A DNA stretch of 64,000 nucleotides from Camelus ferus (GCF_009834535.1 NC_045712.1:1674001-1738000); one strand, 5' to 3'. Counted from the first letter of the stretch, positions 25,443-38,114 are shown. Numbers and translations: made by a program. The notes: generated by a model not told the origin, from the letters alone.

Positions 25443-27360
25443 CTGCAAGAAGGGCCAAGAGAACAAAGCTCCCGTTTCAAGGAAGACCCACACGGGACTG
25501 GCAACAACAACACAGACACTATGTGCCTCCCCTTCGCGGCAGACACCGCTCAGTTCACGTTCCTACCAGGAGTGCACACAGCCTTAGAATCCTTCTCAAC
25601 ACGATCACAGGCAGTTGCTGCCAGTGAACATGCACCGACATGAGGAGTGAAACCCAGGTGCTCCCCCTTAGACCAAGAGACACTGCCTGGATGCTCATGT
25701 CCTTCCATGTTAGAAGGGGACGATGGCTAGTAAAGTGCCCACGAACAACAATATGATAAAAAGAAGGACAGAAGCCAGACTTCTCTCCCTCTACTTGGTC
25801 CCGCCGACTTTTCCCACCTGCTACCTTGCCACTTTAGAAAGCCATCAGCCTTTAAGAAGAGCTGGTGAAACTATTTTCTGACTCCAGATTTTCTCCTGTC
25901 CCCCAACAGCCTACTCTACATAAAGAGTACCAATAACCAGTGACGTCGACCAACATTGTGCCAAGCTCCGTGTTCAGTATTTTGTCATTCTTTCAGAATA
26001 TTTGAGGCTCATAAACATTTTATGAGGTGTCAAAGACTCCCACTGATTATGGATGAGGAAGCAGACATGGGGAGGTAAAAGGGTGTTCCTCCGTTCACAC
26101 GGCTGCTGACCTGAGCTTTGACCTCACCGTCTCATGCTGAGAGCACGTTTCCTCCAGCATTCCTGCGCCCGCCGTCCTGCTCCCACTATCTCTGCTCCCT
26201 GGAGCAGGGCGGCTCTGCCCATTTCTCAGTCCCTCCATGATGCCCAGCACAACGTCCCGGACAAAGCAGGGCCCGGCCAGTATTTATCAAACAAACATAC
26301 CATTCAAGATTTAATCATTCCAAGAATAAGAACACAGTGCCTTCAACCCCTAAGTTGTACTAAAAATTAATTATTTTCTTCGATGATTCAGAAGGCGTTT
26401 CTGCTTCCTGCACTGCCACGAGGCCATTACCCTGAATTATTTCTCATTATCCCGGATCAAGCATGCAGAGGGCCACACGCTTCTGTACTCACACCAGGTC
26501 AGGCCCTGGAAATAATTTTGAAGGCAAGACCCTTGCTGAGTTTGTTTTCTAATACCAGACTGAACAGACGTGGGGGCCAGAATACACACGTTACATGTAC
26601 ACACATATGTACACACATGTTCCGGACACAAGAACATCTCTGCTACGTGGGTTCTCAGAACCGAGTTTGGTCCAAGAAGCCTTAGACTCCTCCCCATGAG
26701 CTGGGAATGATACTATTCAACCACAAGGGGGCGACCTGGGGGCCGGTGGCACCCAGAGCCCTGGTTGCTGCTGTTTCCCTCACCCAAGCCTGGAGTGTGC
26801 TCCTGGGAACAGGAGTGGGGTCTCTGCAAAGTCATTCCGTGCCCCCTCAAGTGCAACTGATCCTGGGCTCCCCAGTCCCCCAGCCGCAGTTACATAAGCT
26901 GTTACGTAAACTCAGAGAGGACTTTCCATCCCAGGCTGAGAACTCACTCCTGACCTGGGAGATCAAAGCACTGGCTGGCTGCTAACTTTATTTAAAGGAG
27001 CACATAAAGGGGCTTGAGCCTGGCCTCGAGTGCACCCGGATCGCCAGGCAGCAGGAAAGTTTTAGTGCCCTCATTTAGGTCTGTCAGTTAAGGTTTATTT
27101 ACGTGGGAAAGAGTCCAAACAGAGCTCGGTCCTCAGCTCGGTTCACCGTCTCTGATAGCTCCTATCTCACGGTTCGCAGCCCTGACTCCCTGCCTGGAAG
27201 TCACTGGCAATTGTGAACTACACCCCGAAGAAATTAAACAGGATTGTGTTTTCTTTAAAAAAAAAACAACCCTAAAACATCGGCACCCCCAAAACACTCT
27301 TCTGCTGCCCAGACTATCGGTAGCAAGAAGAGACGTGAATTCTTGAGTCCTGGACAAAGA

Positions 27361-27900
27361 CACGGCAAACAGAGCCGCGAGTGGGCAGTGAGAAGAGGCG
27401 GCACTGCACTCGGGCGGGTCACTGCGGGCACCGGGCTAAGGGTGCCGTGGGATCCTCCTGGCCAGTCTACGCAGCAGCCCTCTGGCCTGGGTGACGTTAT
27501 CACTGCTTGCGGCTCAGGGAGTTCCCGTGCGTGCCAGGGTGACCCAGAAAAGGGGCGGAGCGAGGGATGTGCGTGCCAGTCACGGGCTCCCAGACCTCGT
27601 CCCCACTGCCCCCCGGGAGGGAAACGGGCGAGCCAGGCTTCCAGGTGCGGCCACGCCGAGGGCAGAGGACACTTATTCAACGCAGGGCTGACTTCTCTAC
27701 CCCAATCAGGGGCCGCGATCAGACGTTCTCTTTACGCTTCTGATTGTCGGCATCGTTAAGGAAGCTCAAGGAAGCCGGCCGCCTGCGCTTGGTGCCGCGG
27801 CCAGGGGCCCGCCACCCCGCTCACCAGCTCCTTCGGCCGCATGTTGTAGAGTATCCGCTCGGCGTTTTCGCTGTCGTGCCTGCTCTCCATGATGGCCAGG
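27361..27900. promoter_or_regulatory. Intragenic CpG-island-like segment over exon E and its downstream intron
   Basis: Hand count of about 46 CpG in 540 bp in a visibly GC-rich stretch; GC box GGGGCGGAG at 27552-27560, CCAATCAG at 27702-27709. Confidence 0.55.
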
Positions 27901-27920
27901 AGCAGCTTCGAAGCGTTGTT
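27825..27920 (-). CDS. ITPR1: ITPR1 exon E (96 nt, phase 0 to 0): [32 protein letters not shown]
   Basis: Acceptor tctccaatcag|AAC, donor CTG|gtgagc. The Glu of MES counts to position 2100 in mouse numbering, the known Ca2+-sensor residue. Confidence 0.97.
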
Positions 27921-30145
27921 CTGATTGGAGACACAAAGGGAGGGGGAAATGGAGAGGCGCTGCTGGGGGCGGCTGCTCTGAGTCACCGGCCCTGCTCACC
28001 GAGGGCTGCATCCCGGCTAAACAGACAGACAGTCTGCCCCACAGGAGGGTCATGGGTGTCCCAAACCAGCCACACCCTACAGAGCCCGTGCCACTCAGAC
28101 CCCCAAGATCCTTCTGCAGAATCTGATCAAAGAGGGTCAAAGAGGCACCTATTTGGGCATAGTTGCTCCGTAATGTTACTTGGTACGTGTCCTGGTGGAA
28201 ACTGGACATTGAAATGTGGGTGCTTATGGGTCTGCTGTGACCCTCATGACGACAGTGGTCAGGAATCACCTGCTGTTTAGACCCATGACGCCTTTCAGGG
28301 GGCGGGGGGGGGGGGTGATTATAAACACCATTATTCAGTCTTGCAGGCCAGAGAAGGCAGGCAATGAGGCTAATTCCCCCCTGTCTTGAAATAGTGCTAT
28401 CAGCTCTCCTAACCCCTCATATTATTATGAGAATACAGCCGACACCAGTTAACAAAAGTGACCCAAGGGAGGACGGTGTCCTTGCCAAACCATGCTTTCT
28501 CATCAGTTTCAAAGTTTTCATGGGCCCACACCCTGCCCTTCTTAGCTTGAGATCACTTTAGGTCCCAGACCTATGGCCATCTGCATGCTTCTTTGTGTCT
28601 GAGACTCCACACTTATTCTTTTGGGTGAGAAGGGTGTTTTTTCCTCCTCAAGCACAGATCACAGCAGTTCAGTTGTGTGGCTGTGCTATCAAATGGTGGC
28701 TTTTCACAAGGCAGAAATTTCTGTAATAACCTACTGGATTAGGTGAAAAAGCCACTGAAATGCTGACCAGGAGTGCAAGAAATTCTCAGTTTCTTTCAGG
28801 CTCTCAGCATACACATTCTGATAAATGGGAGCCAGGGACAGGAGCTTAAACGATCTTTGGGTTGCTTCTACAACATGATTTGTTAAAACAGGAGTTAAAA
28901 ATAGCAACAAAAAAAATTAAAAAATTCCATTTAAACCATGCACCCCAACCAACTATGAGTTTGGACTCTCAGTTTGACACACAAAAATAAAAACAGAAAC
29001 AAATGTGCCGTTCCTGTGGGTTTCCGTGGTATCACCTTCCCTAATGACCTTCCTTTCCTACATCAGAGATGCCATAAATACAGATCGACTTTTTGGCTGA
29101 ACCCTGTAGTTCCAGGGTCTTCCGCAACAGGGATAAAGGACTCAGTGCTGCATCTGGGCTAAGATGCAGGGCAGATCTCATCGTGCCCCGACATGTGAAC
29201 AGCGAGGAAGGAAATGCGCTCAGGGAAGCTCACACGTTTCAAAATACACTTAAGGTACCAGGATGGGCTCCCAGTTCAATTCTCAGAATTGAATCTGTGG
29301 ACCCTTAGAGAATCTTTGGAACCCCTCAGTAAGAGGGAGGGTCTTTTGTTTGTTTATTTTTATTTTTTAAATCATTTATTTTGGTATGCTCGAGAAGTCA
29401 ACATTGGGGGTGGTTTACCGGCTTCTCAAATAGACAAGAGGCCGGCCTGTAAACCCAGCAGCTTAAGCACCTTGAAGTCACTGCTTTCACCCCATAAAAC
29501 TATTTTGGTACTCGAGAGAGTCAGCAGGTCGACGGTGTTTCTACATTAGTCATCTGTCATCCACTGATTGTACACGATGCAAAGAAACTCATCAGAGGCC
29601 TGGAGGCACGATACTGGCCAGTGTAACCTTCCCTATTTTAACCCAACGTTTAGAAACCTCCCTTCTGCTAAATCAACAACAGAACAGAAAAAAGATGTTC
29701 CCTGATAAGGTACAAATACAATTTTTTTTGGTCCTAGATAGGTTTACTGCTACTATTCTTCAACCCGGCCCTTTTTCCTCAATGGGAGTAAAGTCAGAGA
29801 CCACAGAGGGAGTGGAGTTCCCATTGTTTCTCTGGCTGTGGCTTTCGGAATCAAGGCTCTGAGTTCTTGGATTGCTGTTCAAACTCGCGTCTGAAGTTTG
29901 AGTGATGAGCTCTCATTCCTGTGACCTGAGATTGAAGAGCTGGTAGCCTGTCCTAAGGGTGGGAAGGGAAACACCGAAGTTCTGCATTTTAGTCAGAACT
30001 TGCTATGTGTCTCATTCATTTAGTTTCAAAGAACAGTCTTTTATATTTAGTTGCACAACACTGACCGTGTCACGTGTGGAGGCAACACACAAAAGTGACT
30101 CCTTCCGAAGGCTACTACTGTCTTTTGCTTTCAATTCCTACTTGC

Positions 30146-30256
30146 CTTCAGTTCCAGCACAAGGTCCATCCTCTTCTTCCCCAGAGGGTTGATGTCATTA
30201 AGGATCAGGGCTGTGATGATGTCAATGCCATTGGATTCATGGGTGGCTATGCAGTT
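30146..30256 (-). CDS. ITPR1: ITPR1 exon D (111 nt, phase 0 to 0): [37 protein letters not shown]
   Basis: Acceptor gtctcttttctcag|AAC; donor is AAG|gcaagt (GC type). Read directly from the sequence; not captured by the ORF track. Confidence 0.95.
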
Positions 30257-30337
30257 CTGAGAAAAGAGACACACGGACACTGGTCATAAATCAGACGTCA
30301 AAGGCCAGCATGCTAAGCTGCTATTTCAACACAAGGC

Positions 30338-30509
30338 NNNNNNNNNNNNNNNNNNNNNNNNNNNNNNNNNNNNNNNNNNNNNNNNNNNNNNNNNNNNNNN
30401 NNNNNNNNNNNNNNNNNNNNNNNNNNNNNNNNNNNNNNNNNNNNNNNNNNNNNNNNNNNNNNNNNNNNNNNNNNNNNNNNNNNNNNNNNNNNNNNNNNNN
30501 NNNNNNNNN
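30338..30509. other. Assembly gap (172 N) in the intron between exons C and D
   Basis: N run; 81 bp from the exon D boundary. Confidence 0.99.
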
Positions 30510-31724
30510 GCTTTTGTTCTTAAGGGAAAATACAGTGTGTGACTGATTCTGGGTTCTAAATGCCTTTTTCCCCTTTAAAGGTGTGTTCCATTCTCTCTAC
30601 ATCACTTGGTTTTCGTATTGCATACTCTGGCTTAAAGCTTAAGCTTGGAAAGCAAGTTTCCTGTTTAATTCACACGATATCAGAATCAATCACCTTCCCC
30701 CAGGTAAGATCCCCATGTGCAGCAGAAGCCACTCCAGTCTGCTCCTTTCCACAGACCTCTACTTGGCAGAAAAGCTAACTTGAGGTTATAAGGAAACTCG
30801 CTTAGATGTCAGATAAAGCCTTTCCCCACAAACCTGCTGTCAATTTTTTTGTTCCTCTTTACTTTAACTCAGACTACGCCATCTGTCTTGCCTGGAAACC
30901 GGGAGAGGAAAAGTGGATCTAACAAATTGCTAGTGTCATATTCGTGGGCAACTAAGGTCAGGTTGTTAATACACAGCGAGTTGTCCCTCTTGTAAGCTGT
31001 TCTCCTCTTGGCGAAGGTTTTGGCCTTGCTTCCCAAGAAACAAAGCATATCATACCTTCCCTGGCCAGAGTTTATAATGGGCCATGTAAGCACTGGCCTG
31101 CCCTCTCCAGCCAGGATGTAACTATAATGTGAGTGAAAAATCATACTCATTCTAGCATCTGTGCAAAAACTCACAAAATCTTGAAGACGTCATGGATAAG
31201 CAATGACTCTACTCAAGAAACCACTGGGTTCCGCTCCAAAAATATACTTCTTGAGATGCCTAAGTCAAGACTGACGGGCTGTTTTCTTCTCTCAATGTCT
31301 GTGGTGCCAAAGCCTCAGCCCTACCTCTCCTCAGATTATTTTCAAGCTGTCCCACGTGTAGCGAGGTTTTTCTCTCTAGCTAAGTTGAAAACTCCTTCCG
31401 TGAACTAGCCACTTCCCAGTATTTAAAAACAGAGTCCAGACTTCAGGTCTTATGAGCTCCAACTTTAGTGTGTATCCCTAGTTCAGTTAGAGCTGGACCA
31501 TTCAGGCCAACAAAGCTGGGCATGGACACCCAGGGCAAGCCCTGCGATGCCCGTGATTAGGTCACATCTGAAGCTTCATAAAACCCGAGAACTCCCTCCT
31601 CAATGCTGCAGAAGGGCCCCCGGTTCAACTGAGTCCTTAGGTCGACAGGGAGGTGCTAAGCAACGGTCAACGTTTCAAAGTGACAAATCTTCATTCCCCC
31701 ACCCCAAAATAAACATGGAATTAC

Positions 31725-31925
31725 CTGGTTCTCATGGCAAGGTCCTTGGCAGTACTCGGTCAGACTTTCCAGGGTTTGGTTGATGAGGGCCACGTTCTTC
31801 TCGTTTATGTAGAGCCCCAGAAGACCAAGGCCCCCGGTTGTGCTTCCACAAATGCAGTCCAAAAACTGCAGTGTCTCACATACCAAATTGTAGTTGGTCT
31901 TGTTATTTTGGCAACGAAGGAAGTT
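31725..31925 (-). CDS. ITPR1: ITPR1 exon C (201 nt, phase 0 to 0): [67 protein letters not shown]
   Basis: Acceptor caattgcag|AAC, donor CAG|gtaatt. Contains the GxGxxG (ATPB) motif and the [12 protein letters not shown]-associated/ARM3 motif. Confidence 0.98.
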
Positions 31926-32734
31926 CTGCAATTGGGCAGGTCCCAGGGTGGGGGAGCAGAGGAGGGAGAAGAGGGAAAAGGTCATTTATTCCGCCATTTT
32001 GATAATGCATCGCTGAACAGAAGGGTCAGCCCCCACGATGGTCACCTGGGGACGCGGTCTACGGCAATGGCCACCAACGCTGCGGCTTGTTCTCCAAGGA
32101 GCTTTTGTCTGGGATGCAGTTGGGGAGAGCTCCTCTTTGACAACGCACTGTAGACCCCCATAACCTTTCAAAATTCTCATTTCACTCCTTCCCACTCCAG
32201 ACCACCTCTGCACCTACCACATGTTAGTTCAGAGTCCTTCGACACTTCCCAGGGCAGTGGTTACGTTTAAAAGACGATGGTGCGGTCTGGCCACTGAACG
32301 CCCAGATCCTCAGATCCTCGTACTGAGGATGGTTCATCACAAAATAAAGGGCTGCAGGCTGGCCTGAGCCTACTGCCGTGGCAGGAACCTGGATTATCTT
32401 GTGAGGCCATTTCCATTATTAAAGGAAGAAATAAATGTGATTAAGCATATGTGTGCTTGTGTGTGTGCCCAAGTAGGTACTTGGGTAATTTTGTAATGTT
32501 AACAAGAGACCAAAGAGCAGGAACTTCCTCAATAAAATACAGCAAGTCACATTCAGCCACCTCATAACACAGAGTCTGTTCTGATGAAGATGAGATATTT
32601 GGTCACAGACTCCAGTCATCTCTTAAAAAAGCAAAAATAAACTACAAATATTCTTCTGTGTATAGTTACAAAAGTTACACGTTTACTATAGAAAATTGGT
32701 ACTATAAAAAAGAGGTAATCAGAAGATAAAACAG

Positions 32735-33225
32735 TGTAACTTTTGACCTGGTAATTCCACTTCTATGAAACAGTGACTTCTACTCACAAGCTATGTATTA
32801 GATGTTCACTACCACACTGTGCATGAGAGTGAAGAACTGAAGACAACCTAAATGCCCATCAGCTGGGGAATAAACAAATTATAGTGTATCAACATTGTTT
32901 AATACTACAAATTGGAAACACTGAAGTAGGTCCAAATGTGCCAATGTGGAAAGATCTCTGGGATATACTGTTAAGTTAAAAAATCAAAAAGGCAAATAGT
33001 AGGTCAGTATGTATCCAATGCTCCCATCCAAATATATGGAACAAGGACAGGAAGGATACTGTCCAAACCAACGACAGTTTTCTCTGGGTGAGAAGTAGGG
33101 ATGGAGAGAGAGACAGTTTTTTTTTTTTCCACTAAATACTTATTTTCATTTAAACCTTCACAGAAAGAATATATCCATGCATTCCTTGGATAATTAAAAC
33201 CTTTATAAATGCACACATTAAGAGC
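32735..33225 (+). mobile_element. Old L1M fragment; boundaries approximate
   Basis: gacctggtaattccacttcta, gaagacaacctaaatgcccatca and gatatactgttaagttaaaaaa are sense-strand L1 phrases. Confidence 0.75.
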
Positions 33226-33663
33226 TGGTAATCCAATTTAATGCTTGACTCAACATCCAACTAACCAGCCCCCACCACTACTCCCACCCAAGTTAACCTC
33301 AGTCCCTTATGCTCAAGCCTTCCTAACTAGTCTAAAAACTGAACCATCATTCAGGTCTGGGTGGGAGGTAGGGGGACAGGTGATTTGGGACCATGTGTGC
33401 TTTCCTAAGGTGACCACTTTTCTAAGGGCCACAGGAAGCCAGAGGAGAGTTCCACAGCATTTCCAGCTCCAGTCGCTCCGCAAAGATGCTACCTGACTGC
33501 GGACCTGGTGGAGCCCCTCACCTTGCAGCCGCGGGGTGGAGGAGTACTCAGGAAGAGGCAGGAGAGGGCCTGGCTGTCCAAAGCTCAAATCTGAAGCATG
33601 GCTCTCAAGGTCCATTTGCCTCTTCAACTCCTGTGTCACCATTCTCACCATGTCCTCTCTGCT

Positions 33664-33737
33664 CAGTGACATCATCGCTCCCATCATGCCCCTCTCTGCC
33701 CAGTGACGTCATCTCTCCCATCATGCCCCTCTCTGTC
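33664..33737. repeat. 37-bp tandem duplication with 3 mismatches
   Basis: cagtgacatcatcgctcccatcatgcccctctctgcc versus cagtgacgtcatctctcccatcatgcccctctctgtc; partial third unit just upstream. Confidence 0.92.
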
Positions 33738-36630
33738 TGGGAGGAACAAACTTCTCCCTGCTCTTTAGGCACCCTTCATTCTCTCATCTCGAGGGCTTCA
33801 GCCCCACTACTCCTTCTGCCTGTCACTCTCTCCCTGTCTCCACCCTGATTACTTACTCTTCCTTCAGGATGGGGTCTCGGTCACTTCTTTCAGGAAGCCC
33901 TCCCTGCTCCTCCATCCTGATTCCAGTGAGATGGGAGCACCACACCCCCTCTCGCAGCCCGCCTCACCCTTAGTACTGCACTTCGAGACGTCTGCCTACT
34001 CTGCCCATGGCCGTGCTGACAGCACAGGTGACCGGCAGGCAGCCAGCACGGGGACTGGCTCAGGCCAGGTGCTTCATACGCACTGGCTGAAATGTCTGAA
34101 CTAAACCAAACGAATGGAGGAAGGGGGACTTGGGAAGCCATCAAGGCTGATATGTTTCAAACGCCCCAGGAAGGATCGTGGCTGCCGTGTCTTGAAAGCC
34201 TCTCCCATTTCTCACAGTTTTTGCAGAGTATCTAGCCAGAATATCTCCTTCCTGAGTGAGATCCATTTTCTTTTGTCCGCGACAAAAAGAGGCACGCCAC
34301 TCGCTAAAGGGCCAAAGGAACTCCTCCTGTGCTCAAGGCATAGAGTTCACCCTGAGCACACACCGCCCGGCCCAGCTTGTCCAGGCTAGAGAAACCCAGT
34401 TCTTCCTGTGGTCTTCCCTGGAGGCCTGGTGATCAAGTCAAGATGAGCCGATTAAGGAAATCAAAGACTTCAAGTCTGCGCTCACACAGACTTCAGTGGA
34501 GAGAGATCAGGACCCGCATTCCTTAACCAAGGTGAAAGGCAAGACAGCCTCCCAGGCGAGGGTTCAAAAGCACATGGAAAATGGTTCAAAAACAGTCCTT
34601 CCCATCACATTTCTCACTGCTGCGAACAAAGCTCACTAAAGGCAGCAACTGCCTGGGGGCCAAATCAAACGTGGTGCTTTATCTCTACTAGGCACTCACC
34701 AACAGGAAAGTTAAGGTTGTAAATATGACAAGAAACTTTGGGCAACTTCAAAAGGCTGAATTCCTGCTCTCTCTGACCTTATCTACACACTTCCTTATTC
34801 CAGGGAGCCGATAATTCTCTCCTGGTGAGAAAGTCTTCTCCCTCAGATCTGCAAGGAAACCCTGACCCAGAGATCCACCATCTGTTCCAGAAAACTGCCA
34901 ACCACGCAGAGTTCATAGTAGTTGAGTCTCACTTAAAACCAGCATCTTGAGATCCAGATACCTACCAACATCATCTTCTCAGAGCAATTTTATTACTACC
35001 TCAGTGTGTCTGCTTTAGTGGGTATCTAAAGATGCAAGCGACCTTCACTGTTGTGAACCGCTGTCCAGATCACTGGTTTTCCAACTGGGAGACCCTGCAC
35101 AACCCTGGAGGACCCCTGGAATGTCCCACCTCCCAGGGTTCTTGCAGGTGAGGGAGGAAAGGAAAGTTCTACTCTGTAGTTTCTACTCTGAACAAAGCAG
35201 CCCTCATCTGCTTTATGTAGTACACTTCTGCCCCAGATGTTTAAACGATTCTGCAGCTCCAAACAAAAAAGTTTAAAATCACTGGCTTTATGGTACCTTC
35301 AAAGGTTAAGCTGCCAAGTTTTTAAAAAAATATCTGTTAAAATATACGGTACACGCCCTCTTCCCCCAATACCATGGTTTTCCACAGAGCGGTGTATTGG
35401 AGAACAGAGTTTTAGAAGGATCCATTAAAAGGTGCGTCTGCCCACGGGGTTCTTAAGGAATTAATTCAAAGCAGAGTTTTGCAAAGAGCTAAGGTACCAG
35501 GAAAAGATGGTGAAGACTTCCAATAAGAAGTGGTGAACTCGTGCACCCTGCTTGCACAGCGGACACTGGGTGCGCAGTGAAGGAGGGAGGTCAAGGGGGC
35601 TGACGGAAGGCTGAACAGGTCTGTGACCCCAGAACCAGGCTCAGGAAACAAGCCCATCAGGACCGCCCCTCTGACATTCATGGATGGACTCTACTCAAGG
35701 CAGCCTTGAGTTTTGTTAGTTCAGAACTCAGCAGCCATCGGCCTCTCTGAGAAGCCTTCCTGGACCCGGCACGTTGTGTGGGTTCTCCTGCTCGGAGCCC
35801 ACAAGAGCCCGACGATGCCGCCGCTGCAGCACTGACCCGCTGCACTGCCGTCTCCCACTTGCCAAGGCTCCCACCTAGACGCTCAGCTCTGTGAGGGGAG
35901 GGGTGGGATCTCCATCAGCCCCAGGGCCGGGCACAGAGCAGGTGCTCACCGAGATGACGACATGAACTTACACAGGCATCGTCTCAATCCTCTTCTCCTT
36001 TGGAGCCCGAGGTTGGTAGAGACCAGTGACATCGGCACAGGGGACCAATACAGGCCACTGACCTCTAAAGTCAGCCTAGAAACCGCCTCTGCAGCAGGGT
36101 GGGGGCCCCACCCACAAAGATGCCACAATCGAGCTGCAGCCTTTGTTTTCCTGCTGGTGGGACAGCCTGGCTTCCCACGTTGTCACACTCCCTTGGTCTG
36201 TCTCCTTGGTGATTAACGGTATAGACAGAAAAAGTGGAAGGGACACAGTCAGCCATCAGACAGAGAAATAGCAGCCAATGAGATAGTCACCAAATCCGGG
36301 ACCTCTGGGTTGTGAGGGCTCCGTTCTACCTGATGGAGCTGGACAGTCCACGCCAATGTGCTCCACGTCCCAGGTAGGAATGTTTGAGCAACAGGTAAGA
36401 AAAGCCTGACAGCCAAGACTGCACACTCCAGCGTGCACAGAGATCAAGCCAGGAACGTCAACGGAGGAAGGGAGCGGGCGGCAAAGCGGAGAAAGAGCCC
36501 GGGCCCCAGCCTGGCCAGGAGCGGGGCTCACAGACACCTCTTCATTTTGAAGGGTGGGCCAGATTTAGCTAGTGGAAGACCTTGGATCTGGACGCTTTTT
36601 CAAAGTCCAGGCTCTTAGACCAATTTGACT

Positions 36631-36668
36631 GAAAATAAAAATCAGCACAGAAAATAAAAATCAGCACA
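36631..36668. repeat. Perfect 19-bp tandem duplication (gaaaataaaaatcagcaca x2)
   Basis: Identical units at 36631-36649 and 36650-36668. Confidence 0.97.
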
Positions 36669-37860
36669 GAAGGTATCGTACTGCAGGATTCACCCACTTC
36701 AGGTTCATTGTTCTGTCTTCCTATTTAAACAACATAATTTCTTACTCAGCTTATCCAGAGATTCTGTGGCAGGTTTTCAGTGCGAGTGACGTATGGTGGC
36801 GGCACTGAATGGTCTGGCCACAGCTACATGTGAAAGGCCATCAAATCACCTGGTGCATAAAGTCAGCAGTGCAAATACTTAAAGGCTGCACCTTCCCCTT
36901 GCTATGTTTGGACTAGAATTATTTTCTTTTCAAACTGTCATTATTCATATAAGCAAAACGACCACCACCAACTTATTTTAGGAGAGAACATTCTACCTTA
37001 GAGGAGTTTAGACACACAGTTCTTGTTCATCCTCATCCCTTTCAAGCAGAGAGGGGTGTTTTCTTCATCAGTCAGCAGCAAAACCAGGTCATGGCCAAGG
37101 ACCCGGTGCCCTAGTGCGCCTCTCCTGGGCAGGGACGGCCCTGCAGATCTATGCCCACTCAGAACCAACGGTATCTCTGGAGCCAGCACAAACTCTACCA
37201 TCAGACCGCCTGGGTTCCAGGCCCAGCTCTACATTCCCTTCCTGGCCCTGTGCATCTCGGTTTCTTCATCCATAACAAGTGTAATCATACAGGTAACACT
37301 CAGCATCCAGGATATTCTAGGTGCTCAGTAAACCTTGGCCACTGTTATCATCCAACAACAAAAAAGCAAAAAAAGAATTTCTGGAATAACCAGCTAAGTA
37401 TCTTTGAATATTTATTTGTATAACATGAGAAAGTCACTTCATTCAGTCAACAAATGCTTGATTAGAATTTTCTGAGTTTCTATGAACAACCAGATTTTGT
37501 AGGTCTAGTATATTTCATCATCCACCCATCCATCCAAGTTTTACCTGTGCATCTGTATGCCCAGCAGTGGCAGGCTACCACATACACGTGCGCGAGAGCG
37601 CACACACGCGCACACACACGGAACAAATACATATGGAGCAGGTGGTACCTACACTAGTGAGCAAGAGATACAGTCTTGGCCCCAGTCCCTGTGGAGATGA
37701 TGGGGAAGACAGACACAGAAACACTTCCGTTGCCCAGATAACGAGAATCATCCTGGGTCCTCAACTCAGAGAAACCAGCTGAAGGGTACGGAGCTGGGAC
37801 ATCAGAGGAAGTGGTGGCAGCTGGGAGGAGCTGCAGCCCTGCCAGCCCCCCGGCCCTCAC

Positions 37861-38114
37861 CTGTAGGTCCCGGTTGTGGTTCTCGCACAGGAGCTGCAGG
37901 AAGCGGAGGATGGGCTGCATGATGGTGATGACCGCACTCATCTCCAGGTCGTCCTTGGTCTTGTCTGCTGTAGCCTGGGCGCCCTCCCCAGACTGGTAGT
38001 GGTCGTCGGGGTCGGCCTCCCTCCTGAAGGTGGTGAAGGCTTTCCTGGTGGCAGCAGAGGCCTCCAGGAGCTGATCCCGGACCTCTTCTGTTATTTGTGT
38101 CGCAGGCTCTTTGG
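37861..38114 (-). CDS. ITPR1: ITPR1 exon B (254 nt, phase 1 to 0): (A)[84 protein letters not shown]
   Basis: Acceptor ttgcattccag|CC, donor CAG|gtgagg. LCENHN motif is homologous to the RyR/IP3R Ca2+-coordinating Glu. Confidence 0.97.

Noticed and set aside
29814-29840. ggagttcccattgt resembles the start of the pig PRE-1 SINE
   Set aside because: Similarity stops after about 14 bp; no SINE body or tail.
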